The translations under genes were made by a program, and so were the position numbers. Below, piece by piece: positions 1 through 13,060 of a stretch of DNA of 64,000 bases. Location: positions 2,232,001 to 2,296,000 of the forward strand of contig OU015569.1 in the NCBI GenBank assembly GCA_907165135.1, written 5' to 3'. How positions within the stretch are numbered: the stretch's first letter is position 1; every line of letters begins with the position of its first letter. The notes under the pieces are model-generated. The model ran no database searches. It saw only the letters and a program-made list of their open reading frames with translations, and was not told the origin of the DNA. The stretch is from Oikopleura dioica. Its lineage: Eukaryota > Animalia > Chordata.

Positions 1-820
1 TCCATCGTCAAAGATCGCAAGTCGATATAGCATGGAGTTCCTGGCAAAAAATTATCCCGCGATGGTCGAAGTGTATATCGCCCGTTTCCGAGGTTGATCT
101 TTCTTAGATCTCTCAACACGACGTCTTGGACAGCGTCCATCCAGCGCATCAGTGGAATCTTTTCTGAACAGTCACAGTCGTCTCCGAATCCCTCTGCGCA
201 GACATCGGGTGAATTTTTGAAGTCAAACCATTTCTTCATGTGCTGTATTGCAAAATTCATCTGATGAATCACTCGGAAGCCGTCTTTTTCGATGTGTTCA
301 GTAACATCATATTCTTTCTTGTCGACGACGCTTACTTGATAAAGAAATCTTCCGTGGTAGCCAGGAATGTGACATGGTTCAGTTGAACGATCGAATTTAA
401 GTTTTGGATCTAAATTTTCAGCATTCGTAAAAAATGAGGATTTATTTTTTTACCATTTTCCTTGCCCATTGGAATCAGCAAGGTGGACTGGCCAAGACTC
501 ACTTCTTTGTCCAAACTATCCGGTTTGACAAGTTCTTTACAAGCTCCGACGAGAATGTGTAATGGTAATCTCGTTCTTCTATTTCTTTTAGCAAGCAAAC
601 CAGCCATTTCTTTCGACGTTTTGGTTCTGGTCAAAATAATTTTTTCGAAATTTTCTACCTCCAGCGATCGCAAGTCTATATAAGACGGAAAAGCCGAAGC
701 GTGAAGTGAATATCGTCCTTTACTGATCTGTTCTAAGTCCCTCATTACGACTTTCCCGACATTTTCCACCATCGATTTTGCAATTAGTTTTTGTTGATTC
801 AGTGATAATTCAGTGTTCAT
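1..820 (-). CDS. Unknown protein with an internally repeated motif; 5' part only, continues past the left edge
   Basis: ORF 820->410 joins through a short GT-AG intron (~455-409) to an open frame running to base 1. Motif VVMRDLEQISKGRYSL...PSYIDLRSL recurs as VVLRDLRKINLGNGRYTL...PCYIDLRSL. No family recognised. Confidence 0.6.
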
Positions 821-1290
821 TCTCTCGTAAAATACCTCAAGCTATTAGGTAAAAAGAAAACAATGCATATTCTGAAAACAAACATCGAAACTAAGAATGT
901 ATTCTCGAGAAAAAATTTCGATCGTTCCCCTTATTTAACCAAGTCTCACAAAATCTTTATTTCGAACTGAGCAAGGACACCCTTAATCGGTAGAACTGTC
1001 AAATGCCTTATCAGTTCTTTGGTTAGCAGTGAATAATGAATGTAACGGGTGTTGAAAATGACCGAGTTAAACAATAATTTGTTTAAATCGAACGTTACGA
1101 CGTTCAGGAAGCTCCTGAGAAATCCATTCACTTCCGGAGTCTTTTCTTACAAACTTCGGACACAAAAAAACGACCAAATAGTCAGATCCGTAGTTAGTGA
1201 ACAAAGAACTTTTTCCACAGGGCCATATATAAGGACAGTTCACAAATACATTCCGACTTTAGTCAATCGTTCCAGCTAAGTTCTGATTTC

Positions 1291-3798
1291 ATGAAGATTG
1301 CTGCGAGCTTGCTTATAGGAAAAGTTGCTTATAGATAAATTATTTGAGAATGAACAAAGAGATAGAGATAGCATTAAAGCTTAACTTTGATAAGCAAGCA
1401 GTACTGCCTATCAAGGAGACGGAGAATGTAGACCTGGAGGTTTATGGTGGGCTGCGGAACAATGTGCAAACGAAGATGCCTGCTGCAGTGATCAACAGCT
1501 TTGCACAAAATATTGCGCCGAAGAAGACTTCTACGCTCATTTTGCCGAACAGAATAGATTCCTTGATTGTTATCAGTAAGATTTTTTTCTTATTAGGGAA
1601 TTTCATTTCCTTATATTTAAGGCCTGCTTGGGTTGACTTTTTGCCAAAAGAATGTCGAGAAGATCAAAACTCAGAGGATTGCTGCAGTATGCGCGGAAAC
1701 ATTTGCACAATTTTTGCACTAGGTGTCGACCAGCCAAGCACCAGTGCTATCGATCTTAATCTGTCCTTGGACGCCAATATCGAAATTAATCTCGGCCTTG
1801 GCGACTTGCTCACCATCAGCGTAAGCACCATTGTTTCTTTGATTCTTCATAAGGATTTATCTTTAGGGAGAGAAACTCAAAGATATCCTTCTTGAATTGA
1901 GAAGCGAGTGTGCTTCATACACGACTACTACCACTACAACTACCACAACAACTACGACATCCACGACGACTACTACCACAACTCCCGAGAAGATCACCAC
2001 AACACCGATTTCGACCGAAAAGACGACGACCACAACTGTTTCAAAGACCACGACTACATTTACGACTACTCCAGTGACAACGACAACTGTCCCAATAACT
2101 ACAACTACAACAATTCCTTCAACCACATCAAGCGATCCTATCACAACTACTGAAATCTTAACAACTTCGATGCTTACAACCGAGGACTTCACAACTACCG
2201 AGGAATTCACAACTACGGAGGAGATTGATTTCACTACTACTGTCGATACTTTTACAACGACTGAGGAGATCATCTTCACAACTGAAGAGCAAGTAGTTAC
2301 TGAAGAAACTATCACAACCGAAGAAATGGTTTTTACAACTGAGCCCGAAACTGTGTTTACAACAGAGTCTGATCCAATCACCACCACAGAAGTAGAGACA
2401 ACTACATCAATCATCGATTCAACAACAGAGGAACAGAAGCCAGTTACGAAGGTTGATACGACAACAGTGGTTGTAGAAACAACAACCGATCCAACAACAA
2501 AAGCTGAGTCAACTACAGAAATCGAGCTAGAGACAACCACATTCGGTGAGTTAACTACCGAAGAAAGCACTACCATGATCGAGGAGACAACGTTTGAGCC
2601 AACCACGACGTTTGAAACTACGACAACATTCGAACCAACCACACCAGAAAAAACGACTACTGAGTCATTGACGACAACTTCCGAAATTGTTACTGCAGGC
2701 CCAACAACTAAAATTCCTGAAACCACTACATCTAATTTGGAGACAACAACGACTAGAATCTCTACTACAATGAAGTCAACTACGGTTCCAGTCACAACTA
2801 CTACGACTAATATAAAGACCACAACATATCCAAAAACGACCACAAAAGCGACTTCGTCGACGACAACCTCAATCCCTATCACTTTCTCTTCAACTACTAC
2901 GACTTCGAAAGTACCAATAACTACTGGTAGCACATCAACCACTACAGTCAAGCCAACAACCACAACAATGGAACCAACAACAACAATGAGGCCAGCAACT
3001 ACAACAATGAAGCCAACAACCACCGCGGCAACCACTACAACTACCAAGATCGTTACAGTTCCCACAGTTACAACTGCACGACCAGCTGGGGGTTCTGACT
3101 GTGAACTTTTCCTCGAGCTGCTGACCGAGAAAGCCGGCTGCTGTTCTAGCTGCTGCGGCGGACAAGTTGTTTTTGCCCCGGCTGAAAGTGACGTCCACAC
3201 TAACGTCAATGTCAAGCAAAACTTCATTACAAACATCAACGTTCATGCCCCCGAAAAAATTCATACATTTGAGAAAGACCAGGTTCTATAAGCTTTAAAA
3301 TGTTTTACTAATGAGAATAAGATCGAGGAAATGTTTGGTGAATTCTCCGAGCGATTCGGTTTCGATGGAAAACTCGAGGATCTTTTTGCGATGTTCCACC
3401 AAGAGAAGCCTATCGCATGGACAACAACTACGACTACTTCAGCGCCAATGACAACGCAGCAAGTCAACTACAAGCGCGAAATCTGCGACGATTACCTCCG
3501 AACTCTCAGTAAATATCATTTCGTTGAATTTCAGACAAGTCTTTTTAAGTCCGAAAGCTGCACGGTAAGGGGGGAAAAATCAACTTCGATCACGACGTTG
3601 TCATCTCTGTTGATATCGATGTCGAACACTCTCAGCGACACTTGACACGGGATCAGGTTAATTTATCTATTGAATGAGGACATCGGCCTAACGCGTTTTT
3701 AACAGCTCAAATCTGCGTTTAACCAATTTTGCAAGGAAAAGGGAATTTCGGCGGATTTCGACGAGGTATTCCAAGAGTACAAGAACAACCGAGCATAA
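1291..3798 (+). CDS. Secreted mucin-like glycoprotein: signal peptide, Cys-rich N-terminus, ~400-aa Thr/Glu-rich region, Cys-containing C-terminus
   Basis: Spliced model MKIAASLLI|ASSTAYQGDGEC...CANEDACCSDQQLC (GA-AG intron 1319-1394), then the Thr-rich ORF 1897-3291 and three more exons ending ...QEYKNNRA* at 3798. TATA-like CATATATAAG at ~1223. Confidence 0.75.
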
Positions 3799-4918
3799 AC
3801 ATTTCTTCTGATCAATTGTCCCTGCAACACCTCCTATTTACAGAAATATAATAGCCAATCCAAGCGCGAATTAAAATATATACATTTTTTTCTTTTAAAG
3901 AGTACAGTCTCATATACTGATTGAAATATACTCGGCTTCCTTTTTTTGGGGTCGTGAAAATTCTAAACGGCGGATAACATTGATTTCATTTGACCTGTGC
4001 CTTTTGCATTGGACATTCCTTGGGAACAAGCGGTTCTGTCGTCTCGGATTGATGAATTCTTATTTGTGGAATATCTTCGTTTGCTTGGAATTTGGACGGG
4101 TATCGCTTCGGCGTTATGGAGTACCTTTCACACGTTCAAAACGCTTTTATTCAAATGGCTCAGTTTATCGAACTGGGCCACCTTCAAATTGGCGAGGGGC
4201 TGAGAAGGTTTTGACATTTCTTGATCCAGTTCCGCAGAAAATGTGAACATAACAAAGCGCTTTGCAGAAATATATAAGTGTCATGCGCTCGACTTACGCA
4301 TTCGCATAATAACGTTATCTATGACGAGGTGAACACATATTTCGTAGCCGGACACGAAAAGAAGGATGATAGGGGGCAGAAGTAAATACACCACTTTCCA
4401 GTTCCTAAAATAGTGAATGGTAGCAATGAGGTTATAATATTGGCGAAAGATACTGCGATACGAGTACGTGAATACATTATTTTCGGGCAAATATGGTGAA
4501 CAATTAACATACCCAAAGTATCTAACAGAGGGATGAACCATCGAGCGAAGGAAGAATTTCTCTTAGAAAATAGGAGGATAATCTCAGTGAGCTATGCCTA
4601 ACGATGTCAATTATTTATTCAGAACATTATTCGTAAATCGATACGCAAATCTATATTTAATTTAAACTACTGCAATTATCTCCCTCTCAAATACAATGTG
4701 CTTCTATTATACCGAATGTCGAATATCATCAAATCAGATGATATTTTCGATTCAGGTCAAGTCGAGACAACAGATTCGTTATTATGTAAAATCATATTTT
4801 TACTTTCAAAAACTGAGAAAATTTCCAAATAAGGTAAATTTTTAAGTTAACCAGCTGCTTGCATTTTTGAGCGCTTACCCCGGGAAATATTATTTTTAAG
4901 TCAGACACGAAATTTTCG

Positions 4919-7676
4919 ATGTTGCGAACAGAGATTTTATTAGTTTTATGTGGAGTCGCATTCGTGGATGCAAACGACTGCGTTGAGGGTACTCAAACGT
5001 GGGTCAACTGCGATGGGTACAAGCAATGCTTAGACGGCAAAACACGGGACTTCATTTGCAATGCTGGCTTCCAGGTCCACAAGGCAGGCGATGGAAAACT
5101 AGCGTGCAAGGTAAGTGACGGGCGATGATCTTGCTTCCTTGAATCTGTTTGTTTTGAATTATGCTAATGCGGCATTGTTTAGCACCCACATCAAGACCAC
5201 ATTGGCGACGACTTTGGCGAATGTTTCCAGCACGAGTGCCTCAACAACGATCCTGACTACGTGATTCCCATCGACTGCAATCATTTCTACGGCTGTCTTC
5301 ATCACCAAAAGGTAGAGCACGCATTTTGAAGCAGTGTTGTTTTGAAAATTATTAGGTTCGAAAAACATGTCCAGATGGCAAGGTGCACGACGGCGTCTCG
5401 CCATATTGCGTGTCTGCTGATTCGCTTCAGTCTTCGCACAAATGCTACAGTTCCGAATGTACCGAAGGCACCGTCTATCCGATCGACTGCGATTCCTTCC
5501 GCTCCTGTATTGGTGGCAAAATGCGCAGCGTCTTTTGTAAGACCGGACTTGTGCACGACGGCCAGGCGAACAAATGCGTCAAGCTAAATGAGCTTCCAGG
5601 TATAGAAACGTACGCAATTTTCACTTTTCTAAGAAGCGATCATTTTCAGCGGGACACAAGTGCCACCCCGCTCCAACGACAACAGCAGCCAGTGCGCGGC
5701 CAACACTCCCTCCATTATGCGTAGAAGGCACAATCAAACCAGTCAGCTGTAACTCGTTTGAAATCTGCGCCGATGGGCTTTTCAGACAAGTATTTTGCGC
5801 CCCTGGATCTGTGCACGTCGGCTTCGAAGGTACGAATGAGAGACTCTCGAAGCTAAAAATTGATCCTATTGTTCTAAGCCAACCTCATTTTCCGTCGCTC
5901 TACTAGCAGATCTATGGTTCAAAACATATGAACAGTCTAAAAAGAATTAAAGCCTTTTGTAAGTTTTTTATCTTGTTTGACAAGATGGATTTGGTAATCC
6001 TCTTTATAGAATATTCTAGTTCCCTCTTGAAAGAATTAAAATGTAAACTAAGTAGCTGGTACGAGGTTAAGTCCTTTTTCAACGTATACTGATTCTGAGT
6101 GGCAATTCGGCGAAAGCGTCTTGTCACTGATGCTCGTGATTATATTGGGTGCCTTTACAACCCAGATAGTTTGCTTTTGTCAATTCAAACAGAGTCGCCA
6201 CCCGGATTTTCTAACCACGTTTTGAGCGCAAATAAACCTTATTCTGCCATTTCGGGCATTGTTTGTCAGCTTTATGTTTTTCAGCCGAGTGCATAAGACA
6301 AGAACAATTGGTTTGTGGAACTAAGTGCGCTGCTTCGTGCCCAGTCGAGGTATGCAAGGCTGGCGACGTCCTCCACATCGACTGTAACTCCTTCTACCTC
6401 TGTATCGACAACCAGTGGGTTTCAACTCACTGCGAAGCCGGCAAAGTCCACGCGAACGCCAACTTGGGTATGTGTGTGTTTTGAATGATTTAGCAATAAG
6501 CGGCAGCGCGAATTGCAATTCTACGCGCGCATGAGCCGAGAGAATCTCTTTTTATGTGATGCATTAGAACAGAAAGGATGCATAACTAATTGTACCGTAG
6601 CGCAATGCGTCGATAAGAGCAGCCTTCAATGCGATTCTGTATGCGCACCTGCTTGCGCTGTCATTCCAGTGGTGGATATCTGTGAGCGAGGTGCCATAGA
6701 ACAAATCGACTGTTCGTCCTTCAACTACTGTCTCGGCGATCGATGGGTTACCAAGTACTGCAGCGAGGGGCTCGTTATGGCTGCGCCGGATCAAGGTTAG
6801 CAAGAAACAAAAAAACTTGTTATTCAATTTTTCACTTTAGCTCAATGTGTTTCGCCAAAGAGTCTGCCGTGTGGCTCAACATGCGCCCAGGATTGCTGCA
6901 TTTCTGGTTCGATCATTCCTCTTGATTGCCAATCGTTCAAACTCTGCGTCAATGGAGAATGGAAGAGCTCGACTTGCAACGATGGACTGGTGCATGCCGA
7001 CCCTCTTGTCGCACAGTGCTTCTCGCCCAATGTTCTCGCGTGTGACTCACGTTGTGCGCCTGCATGTACTACTCCTGCTCCAGCTACAACTACTGCTCCG
7101 CCCCCACCAGCCGGAGACGTCACCGACGAAGAAGAGTACGAACATGATATGCTTGGACACTACGTGCACGTTGAGAGCATCAGCTGCGTCAAATACCTCT
7201 TTTGCTACGGACACACTCACAGGTACAAAATCAAAAAGAAGGAACACGCGTGAAACTTGAATTAAGCAACGATCCGTCGCAACATCGATGCGATGAAGTA
7301 GACTGCAATCCTGGTTTCGTTCACCTGGTTGGCCAGCAAGGTAACTTCCTCTTTTGTAAACGCAAAGTGGTCGCGCTTTCTTGCAGCTCACGCAAGTCCC
7401 CACCGCGTCACAAAGCCAGCTTTGATACAAACTAAAAGCATCAATTATGAACTCAAAATTCGCTAAACTCGTTTTCTATAGCTACCGAAATTTCTTTTTT
7501 TAAATGGAAAAACGTATTTTTTAGAAGCTTTCATTATTCCTTGATAAGTCTTCTTTGGTGAGTAGAAGGGCTTGGCGCTAACCGAGAGTTATTCAGTTGG
7601 CTGTATCCCTCAAGAATTTATCGACTGTAAACATGAGTGTGGGCCTGCTTGTCCTCCACCAACCGTGTGTGCCTGA
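4919..7676 (+). CDS. Secreted protein with ~8 chitin-binding type 2 (peritrophin-A/CBM14)-like repeats
   Basis: Signal peptide MLRTEILLVLCGVAFVDA. Repeats C-x2-G-x5-(D/S)C-x2-F-x2-C-x2-(G)-x6-C-x2-G-x-VH-x(n)-C across short GT-AG introns, e.g. CTEGTVYPIDCDSFRSCIGGKMRSVFCKTGLVHDGQANKCV. Thr/Pro linkers. Last exon boundary uncertain. Confidence 0.75.
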
Positions 7677-10600
7677 TGAAGGTGCCCGCCACACGTGGCG
7701 CAGCAGATTGACGAATCGAAGACATCTGATACCATCTACGCTTATCATTAACGTACTTTGTTTTAACAACTGTTGTTAAAAGCCCCTCACTGTTTTAGAC
7801 GAGTCTTTCTGCCCCTGCCACGCATAATAATAAATAACTCTTTTAACAGAAAAGAACTGTCTCAATATTATCTCAAGTTAACGCCAGAACAAGCAATTAA
7901 TAAAGCTGGAATTAGGAATCAATCATTTTCGCGAAAGTAGGAAACGTGCTTGGGATATATCTCCGAGCTAAGTGTGGTACTGTGGCCAGTTATCAAACAA
8001 CGGGCTCGTCAAATTGGCTGATAAACGGCCCCCCATCGAGAGAGACCGCCCGGCGCTTAGTTACAAGACCTTTTGCTGCACAAGTCCCCCAGTGAGGAAA
8101 AAAAAAACGATAACGCGCGGCCAGTTGCGGCGGGCAGCACTGGTAACGTGGTTGATCTTGCGCCATATTCAACGCTGAAAATATTCTAGAGCAAAATTGC
8201 AACATCCCAAATTCTATCTCCGTCGAATTGCAGTTTCTTCTCGAAAATTTCGCTCGATAAAGAAACTTATTGAACAAGGAATGAATATCTTAATCAGTCT
8301 CAAGCATCACATGACTGTTGTCAGCAGTCTCTTCTACTCTTGAATAGAGAGTGCCAATCGTAGCAAATTCAGATTTTCCCAAACACACACACAGAGCGAG
8401 ACAGTACCAGAAGTTCTACTCGATAAGCAAAGAAGCCGATTGCCTTTGTTTATAAGCATTTATAAACACGCTCTTTAAATCATTACGCACTTAAACACAC
8501 AGATTTTTAGCACCTCGGCAAAGTCACGTTTTTCCACTCGAAGTTTTCCTGAAAATTTCCAAGTCCAAGATTTTAGAAACGAGTTGGAGATCGACGTTGC
8601 GTGAAATAGAAGAATCCTCAGCCATGGTTACTGCATCGTGCTCATGACCCTTATTCGTATTTGATAATCCGCGCATTATGGTGAATAATCGTGGCTTGGG
8701 CCTCTGATCCGAGATAATTCAGGTTACCTAGCGCAGACGCTCTCGTCCAGAAAGTGCTTGACCTTGCGAAAACGTTTAAACGAGCTCACGAAAATGAGCG
8801 ACTGCTGATCCTCTAATTTGCCAGTGCATGTTGCCTGTGTGCAGAATCGCCGCGCCTTCGCTTTTTACGGTTTACGCAGGCTCCGGGGCTTTACGTGAGC
8901 CAACTTAATGAGCATCTTGGGAAGCCAGAGCCCTTAGTTATTCTGTTCGGAGAGTGCAAAACCGCATCTATCCCCGACCTTTTCGAAATAGAGACTAAAC
9001 CTGAAATTTATACTTTGAGCGATTACACAACAACCGTCAAAATAGTCATACTTGTATTATGAGCAGACTGATTTTTCTGTCACTAATAATGACAGGTCTA
9101 GATCTATTTAACTTTGAGTTCGCTGGAACCAGTGTTAAAAATAGCCATTGATTTAAACAAATTTTTGCATAATTTTCAACAACGTGAGGGAGATGAATGT
9201 AGTATTGGCCACCAAGACAAGCGAGTTGCGACAAGCCAAAATGTGTATGAACAAGTAACCGGAGTTGAATACGAAGCCGCGCTATTCAAGGAACTCATTA
9301 CAAACGCGCCGGAAACCCGTCGGTAACATCGTTCGTTTTTTCTTTCTTTCTTCGTCGCTTACGAGTACAGGAGTACTTTATTGTCGATTGAGCTTGATAA
9401 GTGTTTTCCAGCAGCTCAAGAACTCAGTGGATCACGCCTTTCGAGTGGCTCTCCTCAACCACTCTGGACTCAACAGTTTCCGGCTGCTCGGGCGAGCTCT
9501 AATTTCTAACTATCCACAGCTGCCAGTTGAGAAAGAGAGTCCTTTCCATAAACGGGCAAAAGTACCCCTTAGAGGCGGCCATCGGCGATAAGGCAACTCA
9601 GCAACACGTATGAGCGAGTTGCTGCGAGAAATCGGGGCTTCATTTCCGCCCCGGCCGAGTTTAACAATTGAAAATATTTAAACGCAAGTGAATTTGCATA
9701 CGCACTGATTCCACGTTAGTCGACACTTAAACTTCAATCGGTACCAGTGATGGAAAAGTATCTCTAGAATGCTTGTTGCCGAAGAAATGATATTTCTTAA
9801 GAAATCTTTAATTAAAAATCGTCAGCATCTTTTTGACGACCACTTTTTCAGTTTTCAAGCGTCAATGAGAAATTACGGTTGGATCGTGGTCGGCTGAGCC
9901 CCTAAATGGGGCTCATATAAAGGTAAAACTAAACGAAATATCATAAACTTATTGTCTCTTTTAGCAGACTTTCGCCATCTCCATCGAGGCAACAGAAGTG
10001 TGAACGAATAATTACCGTTTCTCCGTTTTTCATCTGCTGATAATAAATAATTTAAGGACTTTTTCGTTTTTGTAGAATAATTCAACTGCTCAAGAATTAT
10101 CTACAGTTATAATTGTGTCTCGTTTTTCATGAGCATCATCTGCCTTTTTCAGTGTATCGCAAATGCTAGAATTCTAGTGGAGCATTTCTTCTCGCCTACA
10201 AGCTCAGATGATGTTGTTCTGGTGTGTTGACGCTCATGAGAGCGGAGCTATACGTCGGTCAGAATGCTTCTGTAATTGCGTTTTCAGAATTTGCCCAAAG
10301 CAAGTGCTCCGAAAAATTTTCAGTAGCGATCTTGGCATTCCTCAGCTCTCCTTCTAATTTGCGGCGAAAGATTTGATTGCGTTTTTTCAGCCGGTTAGCT
10401 CATCGTCATTTTTTTATTTTCAAAGTTGCTACATTTTGGAAATCAGGAGGTGACCTCAAGGCAGAGTTAAGTGAGCGAAATGCTCAAATATGCATAATGA
10501 GCATCGCAGTTAACGCTCAAGAATAGTACGAGAAATTCCTGGAATACGAATATCATACAAACTTGCTTCTTTTACCTAAACAAGTGCATTTCAGAAATTC

Positions 10601-11292
10601 TGGCGCGAATTGAAGATATTTTTTTTGAATTGTCGACTTTTCAAAAATTTTCGATAACATGATCACAGATTTGCAATAAATTAAAAAAGAGAATGAGATG
10701 GTTTCACGGAAGAATCTAATGCATCAAAGCGCGACAAGTGGCCGCGTTCTTTAGCGCGAATTTAGCAAAAACTATGCGTTTTCTGGCGGACAGTGCCCTG
10801 TTGAGCAATAAACACGATGTAATAGTACGGTTAACGGAAAGGCCTCACGCAGCATCTGGGCCCGAATTCCACAGCTGCGAAAGTGGACACCGTGGGCGTC
10901 TAGTTATGCCTCCTGACATTCCTCAAAACGGCAAGACTCAGAGTCCACAGCTTTCTGCGTACACTTCACTTCACTCGCTCGTCACAGAATGAACTCGCAT
11001 TACGCAAATTGTTTATCATATTGCCATGCAAACTCGCACCGAGAAACTGTGGAAATACTCGAATCTCCGAGCTTGCAGCTCTTTCAGACGTCTGTTCGGG
11101 CAGACTGACGATAATGGTGCCTCAAAATCGTCTTTTAATTTGCTCTGCGTCAATTTCTTCTTTGAGAATAAAAACATGATAAGGAGCAGACAAAACAATT
11201 CTTGCGACTTGGGGGTTTATATACCGAGCTAAATGCAATTTCGCGTGCAGATAGATAGTCAATTTGGACAAAAGAACGTTTCTAAGATAAAG

Positions 11293-11646
11293 ATGAACTT
11301 CGACGAGATTTTTCAAGTTTCCAAAAAGGATGAACTACCTGGGATTGACGATTGGATTTATAAACTTGCTGATAATTCTGAAGAATCTGAGATAGACGAT
11401 TCCTTACTCGTCGAGTTTCTCAACTCTGGAGGTAACTTATTTTGGATTTGATGAAAAACATGCAGAGGATGTACATTGTACAATATATCTTGAATTTCAG
11501 TGATCAATGGAACGGTGCTTGGACTGTACGCTTTGGCAGTAGTGGTCGGGTTTCTTCTGGTAGTCTTTGCGGCAGTGGGCGCGTTTGCTCTACTGAAAGG
11601 CCTTTGCGAAGCATGCATCAAAAAAGCTGAAGTTGTACCAGTGTGA
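11293..11646 (+). CDS. Small (~94 aa) single-pass membrane protein with acidic N-terminus
   Basis: Two exons (GT-AG intron ~11431-11500) give MNFDEIFQVSKKDELPGIDDWIYKLADNSEESEIDDSLLVEFLNSG|VINGTVLGLYALAVVVGFLLVVFAAVGAFALLKGLCEACIKKAEVVPV*. One ~25-aa hydrophobic helix followed by Cys/Lys. Confidence 0.6.
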
Positions 11647-12472
11647 AATCTCGCCGGATTACAACTTCTTGAACAATTTTAAAACTTCCGAATTTTGCTC
11701 AAAATCATCGACTGTTCTTCTTTTTATTTGGATTGATAATTGACTTAATAAAAAACCAACAACTGATTAAAGCTTAATCAGGTTCTAATAATATTTGAAC
11801 TGTTCTTAATTTCTCCGTACTGATTCTAGGTGAGTAAGTTAAACTTTTTCTACCGGGTGTAGATAGCGTCGGGTGCTCACGTTACGTGCTCGAAATAATT
11901 TCCTTTTCCAATCGAAGAGGGAACGATTTAGACCCCATCAATCGTGAGCCCCTTAAGTGACGGAGTATCCGATGCTCTCGCCAGGCTTAGTTGAGCCTCT
12001 TCGAGCGACTCAGAGTAGTAATTTGTTTCTAACCTTTTTATTCTATTTTGGAAGCCGCAGTAACTTCACAAAAACAGATTATGGGCTCCTCGAAACCGAG
12101 TGGTACTAAAAATGCGTGTGGAATATTTTTGCTGCTGAGAAGAAGCGCACTTTACGATTTCGTCGCACCGGGCGCACAAATGGCGATCATCGCCCTCAGA
12201 ATGATCCCATGTGAGAGCTAATTGACCTCAAACACCGACCAGGTGACTAAAAACCGAGCACGGGAACTATGCATTCAGTTATTATGCAGTCCCGGCACTT
12301 TTTCGGCCATTTCTTCGAATTTGAACTGCGAATTGAGAGAAGAGAATAGATATTTACGCTAGAAAATGGTGGAAATCAGCAAATAAATTAAAGGCTAGCG
12401 CGAAACCAGCATATTCTCTGCTAGATTCTACCAGGAAGAGTCTCTAAGTTCTACAGGCTTTAATTTCTCGAT

Positions 12473-12913
12473 TTATCAAAACAAAAACATTAGCGATGGC
12501 CGGGCGGCGCCACGTTGAGTCAATCACAGCTGATGTTTTGGACATCAGTTAATCGGCAGCGTTTGGCTTATATCAGAGGGGAAGGGATGTCATTTCCCAA
12601 ATTGCGGTTATCATCGTCCACAACGGGGCTGAGCAGTGATCGCCTACAGGATTATCCATCCTCAAAGTTGCCTTATCGCCTGAGACCGCTGATATCAAGC
12701 CGGGCGAGAGTGACTAGAAAGCTTTGCCGATAAATTCCACGATATACTCTAAAACTCCAAAAATTAGATAAAAATAACGAACCGTCCCCCTCGCCGCCCG
12801 TTCATTATCGACCATGTAAATTGTCCAGCGTGGAATTTTTCATACAATATACGTTTCCGCCCTTCAACGGCTCTGGGCTGGCAGCTCATCTTATCAGTTA
12901 TAAAGTTTTTATC
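12473..12913. promoter_or_regulatory. Cluster of GATA-type motifs (candidate enhancer)
   Basis: Nine GATAA/TTATC pentamers (12473, 12608, 12652, 12673, 12729, 12767, 12805, 12891, 12909) plus GATATC in ~440 bp of non-coding DNA. Confidence 0.35.
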
Positions 12914-13024
12914 AAATCATGTCTCCACGAAATTGAAAGAAAATATATTCCACAAGAAAATTGAATTTCCATCAGCTGAAGACATTCCCAAATGAGCGAG
13001 TTTTCAAAGGAAGTTCAACAGAAC

Positions 13025-13060
13025 CTGGGCTCGGAAGCCTGTGTAGAAATCCTGAGTCAG
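13025..13060. mobile_element. Solo terminus of the CTGGG MITE family
   Basis: ctgggctcggaagcctgtgtagaaatcctgagtcag matches the TIR of the copies at 18628 and 23745. Confidence 0.6.

Noticed and set aside
1863-3239. 458-aa Val-rich minus-strand ORF
   Set aside because: Antisense shadow of the Thr (ACN) codons of the mucin.
3960-4560. Short overlapping ORFs between the mucin and Cys-repeat genes
   Set aside because: No recognisable domain or consistent exon structure.
8580-8990. Moderately GC-rich stretch that looked like a structured ncRNA
   Set aside because: No U3, SRP, RNase P/MRP or snoRNA box motifs found; no stable ORF.
9114-10420. Protein-like fragments (plus 9114-9591, minus coiled-coil-like ~10100-10400)
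   Set aside because: Interrupted by stops and without homology; possibly decayed genes, but unsupported.
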